Shown here: positions 10,128 to 20,369 of the stretch, one piece after another
Numbering within the stretch: position 1 is the stretch's first letter
Layout: each line of letters opens with the position of its first letter
Assembly (NCBI GenBank): GCA_023137615.1
Contig: JAGLOS010000001.1
Coordinates: forward strand, 1,067 to 65,066
Origin: Minisyncoccota bacterium
GTDB lineage: Bacteria; Patescibacteriota; Minisyncoccia; Phycocordibacterales; JAGLOS01
DNA: 64,000 bases
Direction: 5' to 3'
Program-made: the position numbers and the translations under genes
Notes under the pieces: model-generated
Database searches by the model: none
What the model saw: only the letters and a program-made list of their open reading frames with translations
Told to the model about the DNA's origin: nothing

Positions 10128-11474
10128 TCACTGATGAGCTCTTAAAAATGCCTGTGTTTCTTTTTTATAATACTCGACACTCGGTTGATCAAAAGCGTTG
10201 ATATTCATTAAATGTGCCATATACATCGTTTCCATCATCTTATATTGAAGATACTGACCAAGAGTAAAAGCTGACAATTCCGGAAATTCCACAACAATGA
10301 ACGGAAGCTTTAATTTTTTGTACGTTGTATGCACGCCGGAAATGATCGCTCTCATAAGATCAACAGCGCTTTTTCCGTTCATATTCTCCACCAGTCTCTC
10401 AAAAACCGTTGCCTCCGGCACCGTATGGACACCCATCATGTCCTGCACAGTTATTATCGTCGTGAACTTATCACGCGGACCTCCAAAATATAACTGCGCC
10501 ATTGAATGAAGGTCCGTCGAACCGATCGAGATGATCGGTGTTATGCCCGCATGCACTTTATTTCCATCAATATCCTCCTCTTTCCCAAGACTTTCTCCCA
10601 CCAGTTGTCGACACCATTTGCCGACCGATTCCATCTGCGGAGAAAAGAAAAAACTATTATGAATAAAATTACCATGACTATTTGCCTCGTATAATGCAAG
10701 TGCAGATACAAGCGCCGGATTTCCCCACCAATCGGAAGACAGACATTCTTCGCGCATCACGCAAGCTCCTTCGAGAAGTTCACGAATAGGCACACCTGCC
10801 AAACCAAGCGGGAACAACCCGACCGGAGAAAAAACAGAATACCGACCCCCCACTCTTTTTTGTATTGGAAGTCGCTTATACCCAAGGTCGTGTGCTTGAT
10901 CCCAAAGCAACGATCCCTCCTCTGTTGTTACCACTATCCTGTCTGAAATATCTCCAAAATATTTTGAAAGTTCATTGTGCAATATCTCAAAGTTGGCTAT
11001 CGTTTCTGTTGTGTGACCCGATTTACTAATGACATTAATAACAAACTCCCTATCGTCTTGTGCTTCGTCTATAAGTAATTCACGTATTGTTGTTAATCTT
11101 TCTTCATTTATCGTGTTGAGAAAAAGTAATTTGGGAAAACGATCTCTCTTATACGTATCGTACACACCGAACAACGCTTCAGAAACCGCTTGCGCACCCA
11201 AACTTGATCCACCGATACCGACAACCACTACATATTTTAGCTCCGGTTTTTTGTATACCGCGATCGCATCTTCAACCGTCTGCAAAGACAACGTGTCTGA
11301 CGGACAGTTAAGTGACGCCTCCGGTGCCGCAAAGTCACCCTCCTCTACCACCTTTTGCATATAAATACGGTATGCTTCAAGTTTTTTTGAGCCGTTTTCA
11401 AAAGAACTTTCATCAAGTCCGCTTTCTTTAAAATCAAATTGTATATTTTTCATGTATTTAAAAATACTGTTCAA
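10128..11474 (-). CDS. pgi: glucose-6-phosphate isomerase
   Basis: 448 aa. Phosphate-binding VVVGIGGSSLGAQAV and SIS-domain architecture. Confidence 0.85.
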   Translation of the reverse strand: MNSIFKYMKNIQFDFKESGLDESSFENGSKKLEAYRIYMQKVVEEGDFAAPEASLNCPSDTLSLQTVEDAIAVYKKPELKYVVVVGIGGSSLGAQAVSEALFGVYDTYKRDRFPKLLFLNTINEERLTTIRELLIDEAQDDREFVINVISKSGHTTETIANFEILHNELSKYFGDISDRIVVTTEEGSLLWDQAHDLGYKRLPIQKRVGGRYSVFSPVGLFPLGLAGVPIRELLEGACVMREECLSSDWWGNPALVSALALYEANSHGNFIHNSFFFSPQMESVGKWCRQLVGESLGKEEDIDGNKVHAGITPIISIGSTDLHSMAQLYFGGPRDKFTTIITVQDMMGVHTVPEATVFERLVENMNGKSAVDLMRAIISGVHTTYKKLKLPFIVVEFPELSAFTLGQYLQYKMMETMYMAHLMNINAFDQPSVEYYKKETQAFLRAHQ

Positions 11475-11633
11475 ACCACCAAGTCCGCAATTTTATAATA
11501 CCATAGATGATAAACGCTACCCATCTATATATAAGTGTGGTATTGTGCTAAAATTATCATTACACAACATATACCCGTTTTTGTAACGTTTTGATAAAAA
11601 CTTGCATATAATAGGTAGTAAAAACATGATGCA

Positions 11634-12179
11634 TTGAGCTTACCAAAGGAAAAAACGTTGGAAAACCTTGTTATTTCAAGTGTAAAGGGCGATGAACGGG
11701 CTTTTCGTTTTCTTTATGAGCGGCTCAATGACCCGTTGTTTAAATATATTCTCTCTCGAACAAAAGACAGAGATGACGCGACCGACATTCTTCAAGATGT
11801 CTTTGTTGATCTTTGGAGAGCATTAGATACGTTTACTTATACATCAGATGGTCAGTTTTACGGATTTGTATTTACTATCACCAAACGCAAGCTTGGAAAA
11901 CATTATAAAAACAAAAAAGTTTTCCGCGAGATCGATGAGAATCTTCTTGAAAATAGTTATAAAATGGACGTGGAGTTCGCCGATGATGCACGAATCCTCA
12001 TGAAGGCGATCGAGGAATTAAAAGAAAAATACCGCACCGTCATTAAACTTCGTTATTGGTCGGGGCTCACCTTCCCCGAAATGGGAAAACTTCTAGGAGA
12101 TAAAGAAACAACCGTAAAGGTGCGACACCATAGAGCGTTAAAGCTATTGGAAGACATTTTAAAAACATATGAACAATAA
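11634..12179 (+). CDS. RNA polymerase sigma-70 factor, ECF subfamily
   Basis: 181 aa. Region 2 (ILQDVFVDLWRALDTF) and region 4 HTH (GLTFPEMGKLLGDKETTVKVRHHRALKLL). Confidence 0.8.
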   Translation: MSLPKEKTLENLVISSVKGDERAFRFLYERLNDPLFKYILSRTKDRDDATDILQDVFVDLWRALDTFTYTSDGQFYGFVFTITKRKLGKHYKNKKVFREIDENLLENSYKMDVEFADDARILMKAIEELKEKYRTVIKLRYWSGLTFPEMGKLLGDKETTVKVRHHRALKLLEDILKTYEQ

Positions 12180-13785
12180 AAAGATACAGAAAATTTTAAA
12201 AAACATTCATGTAAAACCGCTTACTTTGCGCGAGCAAGATTTGGTATGGGAGAGAATCCGTTTTGACATGACACAAACCCCAATACAGAAAGCTGTACAC
12301 TCTCGAGCTATTTCTCCTTTTAAAAAGTCTATTGCCATTACCCTTATTTTCGGACTTACCGCGGGAACAGCTTTTGCGGCAGACAGCGCCAAACCAGGTG
12401 ACCGGCTTTTTGTAATTGATCGTGCCTTGGAAGGTATTCAAATGTCTGTTGCATCTGAAGAAAAGAAAGACGACCTTCGTGTTAAATTTGCGCTTGAACG
12501 CGTCAAGGAGGTAAAAGAAATATTTAAGGAGATCGATGTACACTCAACAAATACTTCGATAAAGGTTGCCCCAGTTACCCCAGAGGAAGACGATCAACCC
12601 ATAGAAACCCCTGCGGAAGAAAGTGACGACACTCCCCCAGAAACAGACAACACAGATTTAGAGATCGAAGTTACGGATGATGTTGAGGTTGAAGAAATAA
12701 CAGATCTCGACATAGAGACAGTCGATGAGCCGGAAGAAATTGAAGATAGGCCAGTGGTAACGGAAGACATTGAGGTCAATCCTATTGAGTCGGAAGAAGG
12801 TGCTTTGGAAGAAACCGCAACTGAAGATCAGGACACTAAAACCGAACCGGAGTCCCCTTCTGACACCACAAAAGATATTCTTTCTTCTGATGAGACACCG
12901 GAACCTGTTGGCATTGGAGAAAACCCCGCAGACACAACAGACGATCCTGCCAATATGTCCGATATCGAACATATTGAAGACCAATTGGAACAGGTTGGCG
13001 CTGATGCTTCACTCTCAGACGGAGACAAAAAACGTATTGAGCTTGCGCTCGGCACAGCCCTTTCGTTCTTGGGAGATGTTAAAGGCGAGCTTATCGAACA
13101 AGAAAATACTGACGCTGTCTCATATATCGACCTAATGCTTGAACAACTTAACAATGAGATCGCTTCACTTCCGGAAAATGTAGTATTTGAGATCAACCTT
13201 TCTGCAAAAAAAGAAACGGTAAAATTTGAAATAACATCACAAGACGACAAACCAAAAGTGCAGATCGAAGTGCAAGAGAAAGACAATGTTGCCCAAGAAA
13301 TAGAAACCGAACCAATACAGAAAGAAAAAACAGAACCTGCCAAATCAACTCTTGAGATCAAAGAAGGCGGTCTTAAAATAACGTCTCAGGAAGAGGTGGT
13401 AGAAGATATTGAAAAAGACGTAGAAGAAGGTGAAAGCGTAGATATCGTAGATATTGATATTGATGAAACAAAAGACGGAGATGGCGCAGAAAAAAAAGAA
13501 AATGAAGACGGGACGCTTCTGGATGTAGAGGTTGTTATAGAAAAAGCCGAAGGAGAAGAAAATGAAGAAGGTACTACTGAGGACGAAAGTCTAAAAGAAG
13601 AATTGCCGGAAGAAGAGTCAACAGACACCACAGAAGTAGAACCACAAGAAAAAGATGACGGTACTACCACAGTAAAAATGATCATTGAACAATGGGAAGG
13701 CGATCTTGAGATATCAGTAACCGATCAAGGTGCGGGTCTTCACGATATTATTGAAGAATATACTGACGAAAAAGGAGATGTTTAG
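12169..13785 (+). CDS. putative membrane-anchored anti-sigma factor (DUF5667-like) with long D/E-rich tail
   Basis: 538 aa. Start overlaps the sigma stop by 11 bp. One TM helix, then a PGDRLFVIDRALEGIQ...KFALERVKEVKE segment resembling DUF5667, then about 400 aa very acidic low-complexity repetitive sequence. Confidence 0.6.
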   Translation: MNNKKIQKILKNIHVKPLTLREQDLVWERIRFDMTQTPIQKAVHSRAISPFKKSIAITLIFGLTAGTAFAADSAKPGDRLFVIDRALEGIQMSVASEEKKDDLRVKFALERVKEVKEIFKEIDVHSTNTSIKVAPVTPEEDDQPIETPAEESDDTPPETDNTDLEIEVTDDVEVEEITDLDIETVDEPEEIEDRPVVTEDIEVNPIESEEGALEETATEDQDTKTEPESPSDTTKDILSSDETPEPVGIGENPADTTDDPANMSDIEHIEDQLEQVGADASLSDGDKKRIELALGTALSFLGDVKGELIEQENTDAVSYIDLMLEQLNNEIASLPENVVFEINLSAKKETVKFEITSQDDKPKVQIEVQEKDNVAQEIETEPIQKEKTEPAKSTLEIKEGGLKITSQEEVVEDIEKDVEEGESVDIVDIDIDETKDGDGAEKKENEDGTLLDVEVVIEKAEGEENEEGTTEDESLKEELPEEESTDTTEVEPQEKDDGTTTVKMIIEQWEGDLEISVTDQGAGLHDIIEEYTDEKGDV

Positions 13786-13939
13786 AGTTTGAGAGCGACC
13801 AAAACTTTTTTTGACAATATATTTACTTCTGATCATAATTAAATTATTAAAAATTAACTTTAAAAATTATGAAAGTACTATTTGATATAACCTATTAAAA
13901 TCATGAAGGCACTTGATAGAACAATGTAGTTCTCTAAGA

Positions 13940-13978
13940 CAAAAACCACCAGACCTTTTAAAAGGTTCGGTGGTTTTT
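13940..13978. terminator. bidirectional terminator hairpin
   Basis: aaccaccagaccttttaaaaggttcggtggtt between convergent anti-sigma and maf genes. Confidence 0.5.
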
Positions 13979-13997
13979 GTTTGAGTGTTTGTATCTT

Positions 13998-14567
13998 CTA
14001 AACTCCAAATCTCTTAAGAGCTTTTTTCAACGCATCCATGGGTAGACCGATAATACTGTTTGTGTCACCTTCAATATTGTCAACAAATGCTTTCGCTCCC
14101 CCCTGTATTGCATATGACCCCGCTTTATCAAGCGGTTCCCCGGATGCTACATATTCATCGATCTGTTTTTGAGAAAGTTCTTTAAAAAAGAGAGTACATT
14201 CAACCGCTTCGGAATATATTTCTTTGGTTTTTGTGTCGAGTATCGTAAAACCGGTTATCACTGAATGTCTATTGCCGCTTAGTCGCGAGAGCGTACTTTT
14301 GGCATCTTCTTTTGAAACCGGCTTCCCTATAACTTTGCCCTTAAACACAACAAAAGTGTCTGCGGCAATAACAAGCGCGGGTTCGAGCACACTCTGCGCC
14401 ACTTCTTGCGCTTTCCCTCTTGAGAGATGTTTTGCCAACTCCGGAGGATCCATCGGCAGAGTCATGTCTTCGCGATAATTACTTTTAATTATTTCGAATT
14501 CAAAACCCGCATCTTTAAGCAATTCCCTGCGGCGCGGCGACCCCGAAGCCAGTATTATTTTTTTCAT
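13998..14567 (-). CDS. maf: Maf-like nucleoside triphosphate pyrophosphatase
   Basis: 189 aa. N-terminal ILASGSPRRRELL signature. Confidence 0.85.
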   Translation of the reverse strand: MKKIILASGSPRRRELLKDAGFEFEIIKSNYREDMTLPMDPPELAKHLSRGKAQEVAQSVLEPALVIAADTFVVFKGKVIGKPVSKEDAKSTLSRLSGNRHSVITGFTILDTKTKEIYSEAVECTLFFKELSQKQIDEYVASGEPLDKAGSYAIQGGAKAFVDNIEGDTNSIIGLPMDALKKALKRFGV

Positions 14568-15041
14568 TATTTTAAGTTTACCTTTCTTTGAGGCAAAACA
14601 AAAGCCAGCAGAAGCTGGCTTTTAAAAACTATCCCACGCTTTCGCGCAGCATAAATTCTATATGTTCCGGAACCTTTGGTGGTCTCCCTCGAGAATTGGT
14701 CTTTAAATACAAAACAATTCTGCTTATTAATATCTTGTCTTGTTGGGATAACCTTTCACGCTTTTCTAGGTCAGAACAAATGAAATTTATGTATCCTGGA
14801 AAAAAATTGATAATTTTTCTTAAAATATTTTCGCTCATAATAATATTATACAGAGCAACCTTTTTTGTGCGCTGGAGACGCACAGACAAAAGGTCTATAC
14901 GCTCCTTAAAATTGATAAAGATAAAGGCGGGAAGTCAAAAAAAGTTAATTATAAAAGGACTCCTTACCTGTCTTTAGTCATACATAATATGATCCAAAGA
15001 GTCAAGGGCTCGTAATGGTTCAATATCTTTAGAACTTTTGA

Positions 15042-15797
15042 TCAACCTGCGTTGACCTTCCCCTGCTGCTCCACTTCTTTAATAACTTTTTCTATTTCTC
15101 CAGAATCTCCCAGATAATATGACCTGATAACATTAAGATCGTCGTCGAATTCATACACAAGCGGCACTGTGTAAGGAATATTGAGCTTCACAACTTCCTC
15201 CGGCGGCATCTTGTCAAGAAAAGTTTTAAAGGCACGTAGACCGCTTCCGTGTCCTGAGATCAAAATTTTCTTTCCTGCTTTCAGTTCAGGCACAATGTTA
15301 TTTTCCCAATATGGCACAACTCGCTCAATCGTATCTTTAAGAGATTCTGCGAAAGGTAAATATTTCTCGTCAACATCTTTATATAATTCATCGTTCCCGG
15401 ACCATCGCGGGTCATCTTTCGTGATCTCCGGCGGACGAATATCAAAACTTCTTCGCCATATCAATACTTGATCTTCCCCTTCTTTTTCGGCTGTTTCTCT
15501 TTTATTGAGCCCTTGCAAAGCTCCATAATTGCGCTCGTTAAGACGCCAAGATCTATGAACCGGAATGTCGTCAGTTTGTCCTAACTCTTCAAGAATTATA
15601 TCCAGCGTTCGCGTCGCGCGTTTGAGCACAGAAGTAAACGCAACATCAAAAAAATACCCTTCTTCTTTTAGTAATTTTCCAGCTTCGCTCGCTTCTTTAA
15701 TGCCACGTTCCGACAGATCAACATCTGTCCAACCGGTAAATTTGTTCTCTTTGTTCCACTGGCTTTCCCCGTGCCGCAAAAATACTAATTTTTTCAT
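15042..15797 (-). CDS. gpmA: 2,3-bisphosphoglycerate-dependent phosphoglycerate mutase
   Basis: 251 aa. LVFLRHGESQWNKENKFTGW catalytic His motif. Confidence 0.9.
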   Translation of the reverse strand: MKKLVFLRHGESQWNKENKFTGWTDVDLSERGIKEASEAGKLLKEEGYFFDVAFTSVLKRATRTLDIILEELGQTDDIPVHRSWRLNERNYGALQGLNKRETAEKEGEDQVLIWRRSFDIRPPEITKDDPRWSGNDELYKDVDEKYLPFAESLKDTIERVVPYWENNIVPELKAGKKILISGHGSGLRAFKTFLDKMPPEEVVKLNIPYTVPLVYEFDDDLNVIRSYYLGDSGEIEKVIKEVEQQGKVNAG

Positions 15798-16290
15798 AAT
15801 GTATCCATTTTAGCATGGGATCATATAAATTTATATATTAATTCCGTATTGCTAAAAATTTTTAAGTTTAACCCATCAACCGTAACATATTTATTCCCCA
15901 AAAAACCGCCCCTGAGGATTGAGAGGATTGGAGAGACTTGGTGTTTCTCCACTTGGTAACCATGTTACCAAATAATTTTTAAAACTTAAAACTTCTTATA
16001 CGTTCCTTCATTTCGTCTGCTTATCATAACCAGAATTATATCTTCTCCTTTTTTCTGATATATTATCCACAGTTTTCCTTTACGCGCGCGATAATGCCTG
16101 CCTTACTTCTGTTAGTAGCACGCCTCCCTTTTTTATCTTGGTAAAATCAATGGTCGTTTCCCACACATCCTCTTGAGCACTGTGCTCGTCAAGATTTTGA
16201 CGAAGTTCTTTTGCTCTGACAAGATTATCTTGTGTGTCTTTTGTTTTCATATTTCTTAAATTAACTTTTAGGTTAATACCCTTCTTTCCC

Positions 16291-17385
16291 TTATTGCACA
16301 ACATCTTCCAAAATAGGTCTTTCGAACACTTCTTCGATCACAAAATCATATCGCCCCAAAAGCTGCCCACGCGGTGTCATAACATCAACCCGCCAACGCC
16401 CCGGAAATATATTTTCTTTTAAAGAATATCCACGATATCCCCCATCGCGACCGCCGACAATATCATAAGATATATTAGACGATTCTACCCACTCTTTGTT
16501 TGCCTCATTATAATACGCCCATCTGTGTACTATTTTTGTGTCGAGATCGGTGGGAGAAAAAACGGAACTGAAAAAATAGACAGGTTCGTTTTGAAAACGG
16601 TGATATGTTGGTTTGTACTTTTTATAAAATTGATACCATTCAACCCGCTCTTGTCGTACAACATAACCGTTATCTATCCTTTCCACAAGATGATAGATCC
16701 CTGCGTTTTTAAGAGAAAGCGGTATCGGAGGTATTACGTTGGTAAAATACATTGCGTTTATCGCTATATATGCACCCCCTATTATTACAACAAGCTGCTT
16801 TGCTCCTTGTTGTACACGCCACGGGATGATCTTGTAAATAAAATACAAAAAAGCACCCATCAAACCAATACTCACCAAACCACTCAATAGAAATACCCAT
16901 ACACCAATAGAACCGACAAGTATCGGAATGTAGAATATCGTAAATGAAAATAGCGCAATATAAAAAATAGCTATTTGAAATCCAAAACGAAGATAGCGTG
17001 TTTTGAATAATTCATTACCGACAAGCAATACGCCGAGAAAAATAATAAATATCCAACTCCCTGCAAGAGAAGCGCTTCTGGAGTAAAAAATAAAGTACCC
17101 TGAAAAGAGTCCCCCGAAAGCAAATTGAATAACAAGAGGCAGTAACGGCATCAATTTTTCGACAACCCGCCCCCGTATCCTACCGCTTTCGTACAAATTC
17201 ACCGACACAATACCCAGTCCGGCGACACCCAAATAGCTGAACAAAACGAGATTCTCAAACCAAAGATCGATACGTTGCAGAGTAAAATTATCGACAACAA
17301 AACCAACCAAAAGTGCAAGCGAGCTCAGATGACGCTCGTGACTTGTATAAAAATTCTTTATCTTTTCACCCCGCTCAAACCACAT
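16291..17385 (-). CDS. polytopic membrane protein with C-terminal soluble domain (DUF2914-like)
   Basis: About 365 aa from the internal Met MWFERGEK. The longer ORF would overlap the upstream gene. Six to eight TM helices followed by a W/Y-rich C-terminal domain. Confidence 0.5.
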   Translation of the reverse strand: MWFERGEKIKNFYTSHERHLSSLALLVGFVVDNFTLQRIDLWFENLVLFSYLGVAGLGIVSVNLYESGRIRGRVVEKLMPLLPLVIQFAFGGLFSGYFIFYSRSASLAGSWIFIIFLGVLLVGNELFKTRYLRFGFQIAIFYIALFSFTIFYIPILVGSIGVWVFLLSGLVSIGLMGAFLYFIYKIIPWRVQQGAKQLVVIIGGAYIAINAMYFTNVIPPIPLSLKNAGIYHLVERIDNGYVVRQERVEWYQFYKKYKPTYHRFQNEPVYFFSSVFSPTDLDTKIVHRWAYYNEANKEWVESSNISYDIVGGRDGGYRGYSLKENIFPGRWRVDVMTPRGQLLGRYDFVIEEVFERPILEDVVQ

Positions 17386-17395
17386 CTTAAAATAT

Positions 17396-17602
17396 CTACT
17401 CGATCTTATTCTTATCCTCCACCATACTCTTAACATCTTTTGCCTGTTCAAGCAGATCAGTATGTTGCTCAAATACAGACTTCGTCTCATCAAAACCCTC
17501 AACCTTTACATCCTCCGCGGGTTTTGCATAAATGGACACAAAGACAATAGCCACAACAGCTACACTCATCAACACGATCAAAAGCCCTGATCCCTTTTTA
17601 TT
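17396..17602 (-). CDS. small membrane protein
   Basis: About 69 aa from MNKKGSG. One TM helix then acidic tail. The longer start would overlap the HIT gene. Confidence 0.3.
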   Translation of the reverse strand, partial: NKKGSGLLIVLMSVAVVAIVFVSIYAKPAEDVKVEGFDETKSVFEQHTDLLEQAKDVKSMVEDKNKIE

Positions 17603-17628
17603 CATAGCAATAAGTATAACATGAGATA

Positions 17629-17988
17629 CTATAGCCCTTCGCGTATCCACATATCCAATCCATCATCCTTTCGACGGGGGATAATATGCACGTGAAGATG
17701 AAATATAGATTGTTGAGCATCTTTCCCGGACGCATTTAAGATATTTACAGCTGTCACACCGTCTTTCCCAACCTTTTTTTGACTCAAGGTCTGTACAACA
17801 CTCATAACTTCTTTAAAAATATCCGGATCAACATCAAGGACACTTTCAAAATGTCGCTTGGGAATTACAAGCGTATGCCCGGAAGTTACCCCCGGCGCAG
17901 CTTCAAACGCTATTACCGAATCGCTCTCAAACACAACAGATGCCGGAGCTTGACCCCTTGCTATTTTGCAAAAAATACAATCCTTCAT
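17629..17988 (-). CDS. HIT-family nucleotide hydrolase
   Basis: 119 aa. Histidine triad HLHVHIIPR. Confidence 0.85.
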   Translation of the reverse strand: MKDCIFCKIARGQAPASVVFESDSVIAFEAAPGVTSGHTLVIPKRHFESVLDVDPDIFKEVMSVVQTLSQKKVGKDGVTAVNILNASGKDAQQSIFHLHVHIIPRRKDDGLDMWIREGL

Positions 17989-17992
17989 GAGA

Positions 17993-18379
17993 CTACTTGC
18001 TTATCTTTCCGTCAAAATGCTCCTCCTGCTCATCTGATTTTGTGGGGTGTATCGTGCCATCTTTGTGCTCGGGCGGTGAATAGATACTATAGAGTTTTAG
18101 GTCCATATCTCCGGTGTTTATTACATTATGATCAGTACCTGCCGGAATCACAACCGCCCAATCATCTTCAGCGCTGTGTTCTTCCCCATCCAAGATCACT
18201 TTTGCTTTCCCTTTTTCAATACGAATGAATTGATCGAGTTCGTGTACCTCCATACCGATCTCATCGCCCGGCTTTATATTCATAAGTACCAATTGACTAT
18301 TTTTCGCAGTATAAAGAACACGACGATAATCTTCATTTTCTAATGTTGCTTTTTCAATGTTTGTTAGATATCCTTTCAT
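17993..18379 (-). CDS. cupin-domain protein
   Basis: 128 aa. Two cupin motifs with metal-binding His residues (EVHELDQF, AGTDHNVIN). Confidence 0.65.
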   Translation of the reverse strand: MKGYLTNIEKATLENEDYRRVLYTAKNSQLVLMNIKPGDEIGMEVHELDQFIRIEKGKAKVILDGEEHSAEDDWAVVIPAGTDHNVINTGDMDLKLYSIYSPPEHKDGTIHPTKSDEQEEHFDGKISK

Positions 18380-18398
18380 AATATTTTTAAATTATACT

Positions 18399-18574
18399 AA
18401 TAACAGGTATTAAACTCCAGAGCAAGCTCTGGACTCAATTTTGAGTTCGCTTCGCTCACACTGACCCGCGGCAAGCCGACGGGGTATTTACCTGATATTA
18501 GCTCCTCGGCTCGGGAATGTAAAAGTTACGCTTCGCTCCACTTTTACATTCCGCTCGCTCTACGTCGCTAATAA
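18399..18574 (+). repeat. MITE-like intergenic repeat, family R1, copy A
   Basis: 176 bp between divergent cupin and U32 genes. Termini are taataacaggtattaaactccagag ... cgctcgctctacgtcgctaataa. Contains internal inverted repeat gaatgtaaaagt/acttttacattc. An inverted, longer copy lies at 52081-52370. Confidence 0.7.
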
Positions 18575-18683
18575 CAAACCCTAACTGCCATTATACTACA
18601 CTCCCATACATACACCATTAAGCTAACCGATCTGCTCTTTTTTTGCTTGGTGCTTTTCGTATCGACATACTTCTGCTATTCTA

Positions 18684-19958
18684 ATGGTCAACAAACATCA
18701 CAATATAAAACATATGAAAAAACCTGAAATATTATCCCCCATACAAGACTTCACATCGCTCAGCGCCGCTATCGAGGCAGGAGCTGACGCAATATATTTT
18801 GGTGTACATGGATACAATATGCGCGTTACTGCAAAAAACTTCACAAAAGACGACATCGTCAAGATCACAACGATCACACATGATGCCGGAGTAAAAGCAT
18901 ACATGGCTCTAAATACGATCATCTACGAAGAAGAACTTGATAAAATGTATACAATATTACAGAGTGCATATAATGCAAATGTAGACGCGGTCATATGTTG
19001 GGACCCGGCAGTAATACAGGCGGCACGAAAGATCGGGCTTGAAGTACATTTAAGCACACAGGCAAGTGTTGCCAATTCACAAGCCGCATTATTTTTCAAA
19101 AACCTTGGAGTTGCTCGTATTGTACTCGCCCGAGAGTGCTCTCTGGAACAAATAAAAAAGATCAAAAAGGAAACGAATATCGAGATCGAAACTTTTATAC
19201 ATGGAGCCATGTGTGTATCAATATCCGGCAGATGTTTTTTGTCACAATTCACAACAGGTCAATCAGCAAACCGCGGAGCGTGCCGTCAGCCATGCCGGCG
19301 GAACTATATAATAAAAGACACCGAGGGAGAATTTGAATATGAGGTTGGTCCAAACTACGTTTTGAGCCCCAAAGACCTCTGCACTCTCCCCTTTTTTGAA
19401 AAACTTGTTTTCTCGGGTATCGACTGCTTCAAGATCGAAGGAAGAAACAAAAGCCCGGAATACGTACACGACACAACGGCTGTCTATCGAGAGTTATTGG
19501 ATCTTATATGGAACAACAAAGACCACCCGGCAGACAAAGATTTTAAAAAAGAACTCGCTGAGCTTAAAAAGAAGCTACTGCCAAAGCTGAAAAGAGTATT
19601 CAATCGAGAGTTCTCGAGTGGCTTTTATCTGGGAAAACCAATGGACGAATGGACGGACGCTTCCGGAAACGCTGGGACTGAGAAAAAAATATACATCGGC
19701 AAGGTTACAAAATTTTATGGGAAACTAAGTGTCGCAGAGATCATATTACATGCAAATGAAACGCTTGCCGTAGGAGATGAGATACTAATACAAGGAAATG
19801 CTACGGGGAGTGTCCGTACAAAGATCGAATCTATGGAAATAGATCATAAAAAGATCAAGCAAGCGACACAAAGTGATATTGTTGCAATAAAAGTTGATAC
19901 GAAAGTCCGCACCAATGACACTGTTGGACGCATTGATCGGGTTGATCATACTGAATAG
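18684..19958 (+). CDS. peptidase U32 family protein (RlhA/TrhP-like RNA hydroxylation factor family)
   Basis: 424 aa. U32 signature region and Cys cluster ISGRCFLS...ACRQPCRR. TIM-barrel N-terminal domain. Confidence 0.8.
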   Translation: MVNKHHNIKHMKKPEILSPIQDFTSLSAAIEAGADAIYFGVHGYNMRVTAKNFTKDDIVKITTITHDAGVKAYMALNTIIYEEELDKMYTILQSAYNANVDAVICWDPAVIQAARKIGLEVHLSTQASVANSQAALFFKNLGVARIVLARECSLEQIKKIKKETNIEIETFIHGAMCVSISGRCFLSQFTTGQSANRGACRQPCRRNYIIKDTEGEFEYEVGPNYVLSPKDLCTLPFFEKLVFSGIDCFKIEGRNKSPEYVHDTTAVYRELLDLIWNNKDHPADKDFKKELAELKKKLLPKLKRVFNREFSSGFYLGKPMDEWTDASGNAGTEKKIYIGKVTKFYGKLSVAEIILHANETLAVGDEILIQGNATGSVRTKIESMEIDHKKIKQATQSDIVAIKVDTKVRTNDTVGRIDRVDHTE

Positions 19959-20002
19959 ATCTCTGCTCAATTACAAAAGTTGCTATTCAGAGTTTATGTC
20001 CG

Positions 20003-20206
20003 TTATTTCTCCCAATCCTCTACGATAAGCTTTTTGCCTACCTTACGAACGGTGAGTTTTTGTCTTTCTTTCCACCCGAGTTCTCGAATGTACCCTATCG
20101 GTAATGTTATGCCGTAACTTGAGCCACCGGCAAACTTGGTGAGCTTGCGAATGTTCTCTTCCCCTATTTTTCGCCGTGTTTTCATATACCCCATTATACC
20201 AAACAT
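20003..20206 (-). CDS. AbrB/MazE/SpoVT-family swapped-hairpin DNA-binding protein
   Basis: 50-67 aa depending on start. GGSSYGITLPIGYIRELGWKERQKLTV matches the AbrB/MazE fold motif. No adjacent toxin gene. Confidence 0.6.
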   Translation of the reverse strand: MFGIMGYMKTRRKIGEENIRKLTKFAGGSSYGITLPIGYIRELGWKERQKLTVRKVGKKLIVEDWEK

Positions 20207-20229
20207 CTACGTAGATATCTACGTAGATG
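20204..20229. promoter_or_regulatory. perfect 26-bp palindrome, candidate operator
   Basis: catctacgtagat|atctacgtagatg is two tandem self-complementary 12-mers atctacgtagat. It overlaps the 5' end of the AbrB-like gene and sits next to a TATAAT on the minus strand. Confidence 0.55.
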
Positions 20230-20369
20230 TTTGAGGTTAAAATAGATGAGTTCTGACCCTCCCCTCCTGATTTTTTTTGTTTCCTTTTTATTCTTTATGT
20301 TAAACTGGTATTAATTAGTGGTAATAATTACATTACGCAGAATTTGGATAAATTTCGATAAACAAAAAT

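Noticed and set aside
12594-13685. Antisense ORFs inside the acidic anti-sigma gene (12594-12779, 12658-12984, 12828-13361, 13386-13685)
   Set aside because: They are Ser/Thr-rich mirror images of the GAA/GAT-rich coding strand. Classic shadow ORFs.
14588-14977. Overlapping ORFs 14588-14977 (+) and 14629-14889 (-) between maf and gpmA
   Set aside because: Neither has a recognisable motif or convincing start context, and they overlap each other on opposite strands. The region may be non-coding. I also could not match it to SRP, 6S or RNase P RNA by eye.
16080-16304. 74-aa ORF between gpmA and the membrane protein
   Set aside because: It overlaps the downstream gene unless started at an internal Met, and has no motif or conservation cue. 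Left as a possible small protein but not annotated.
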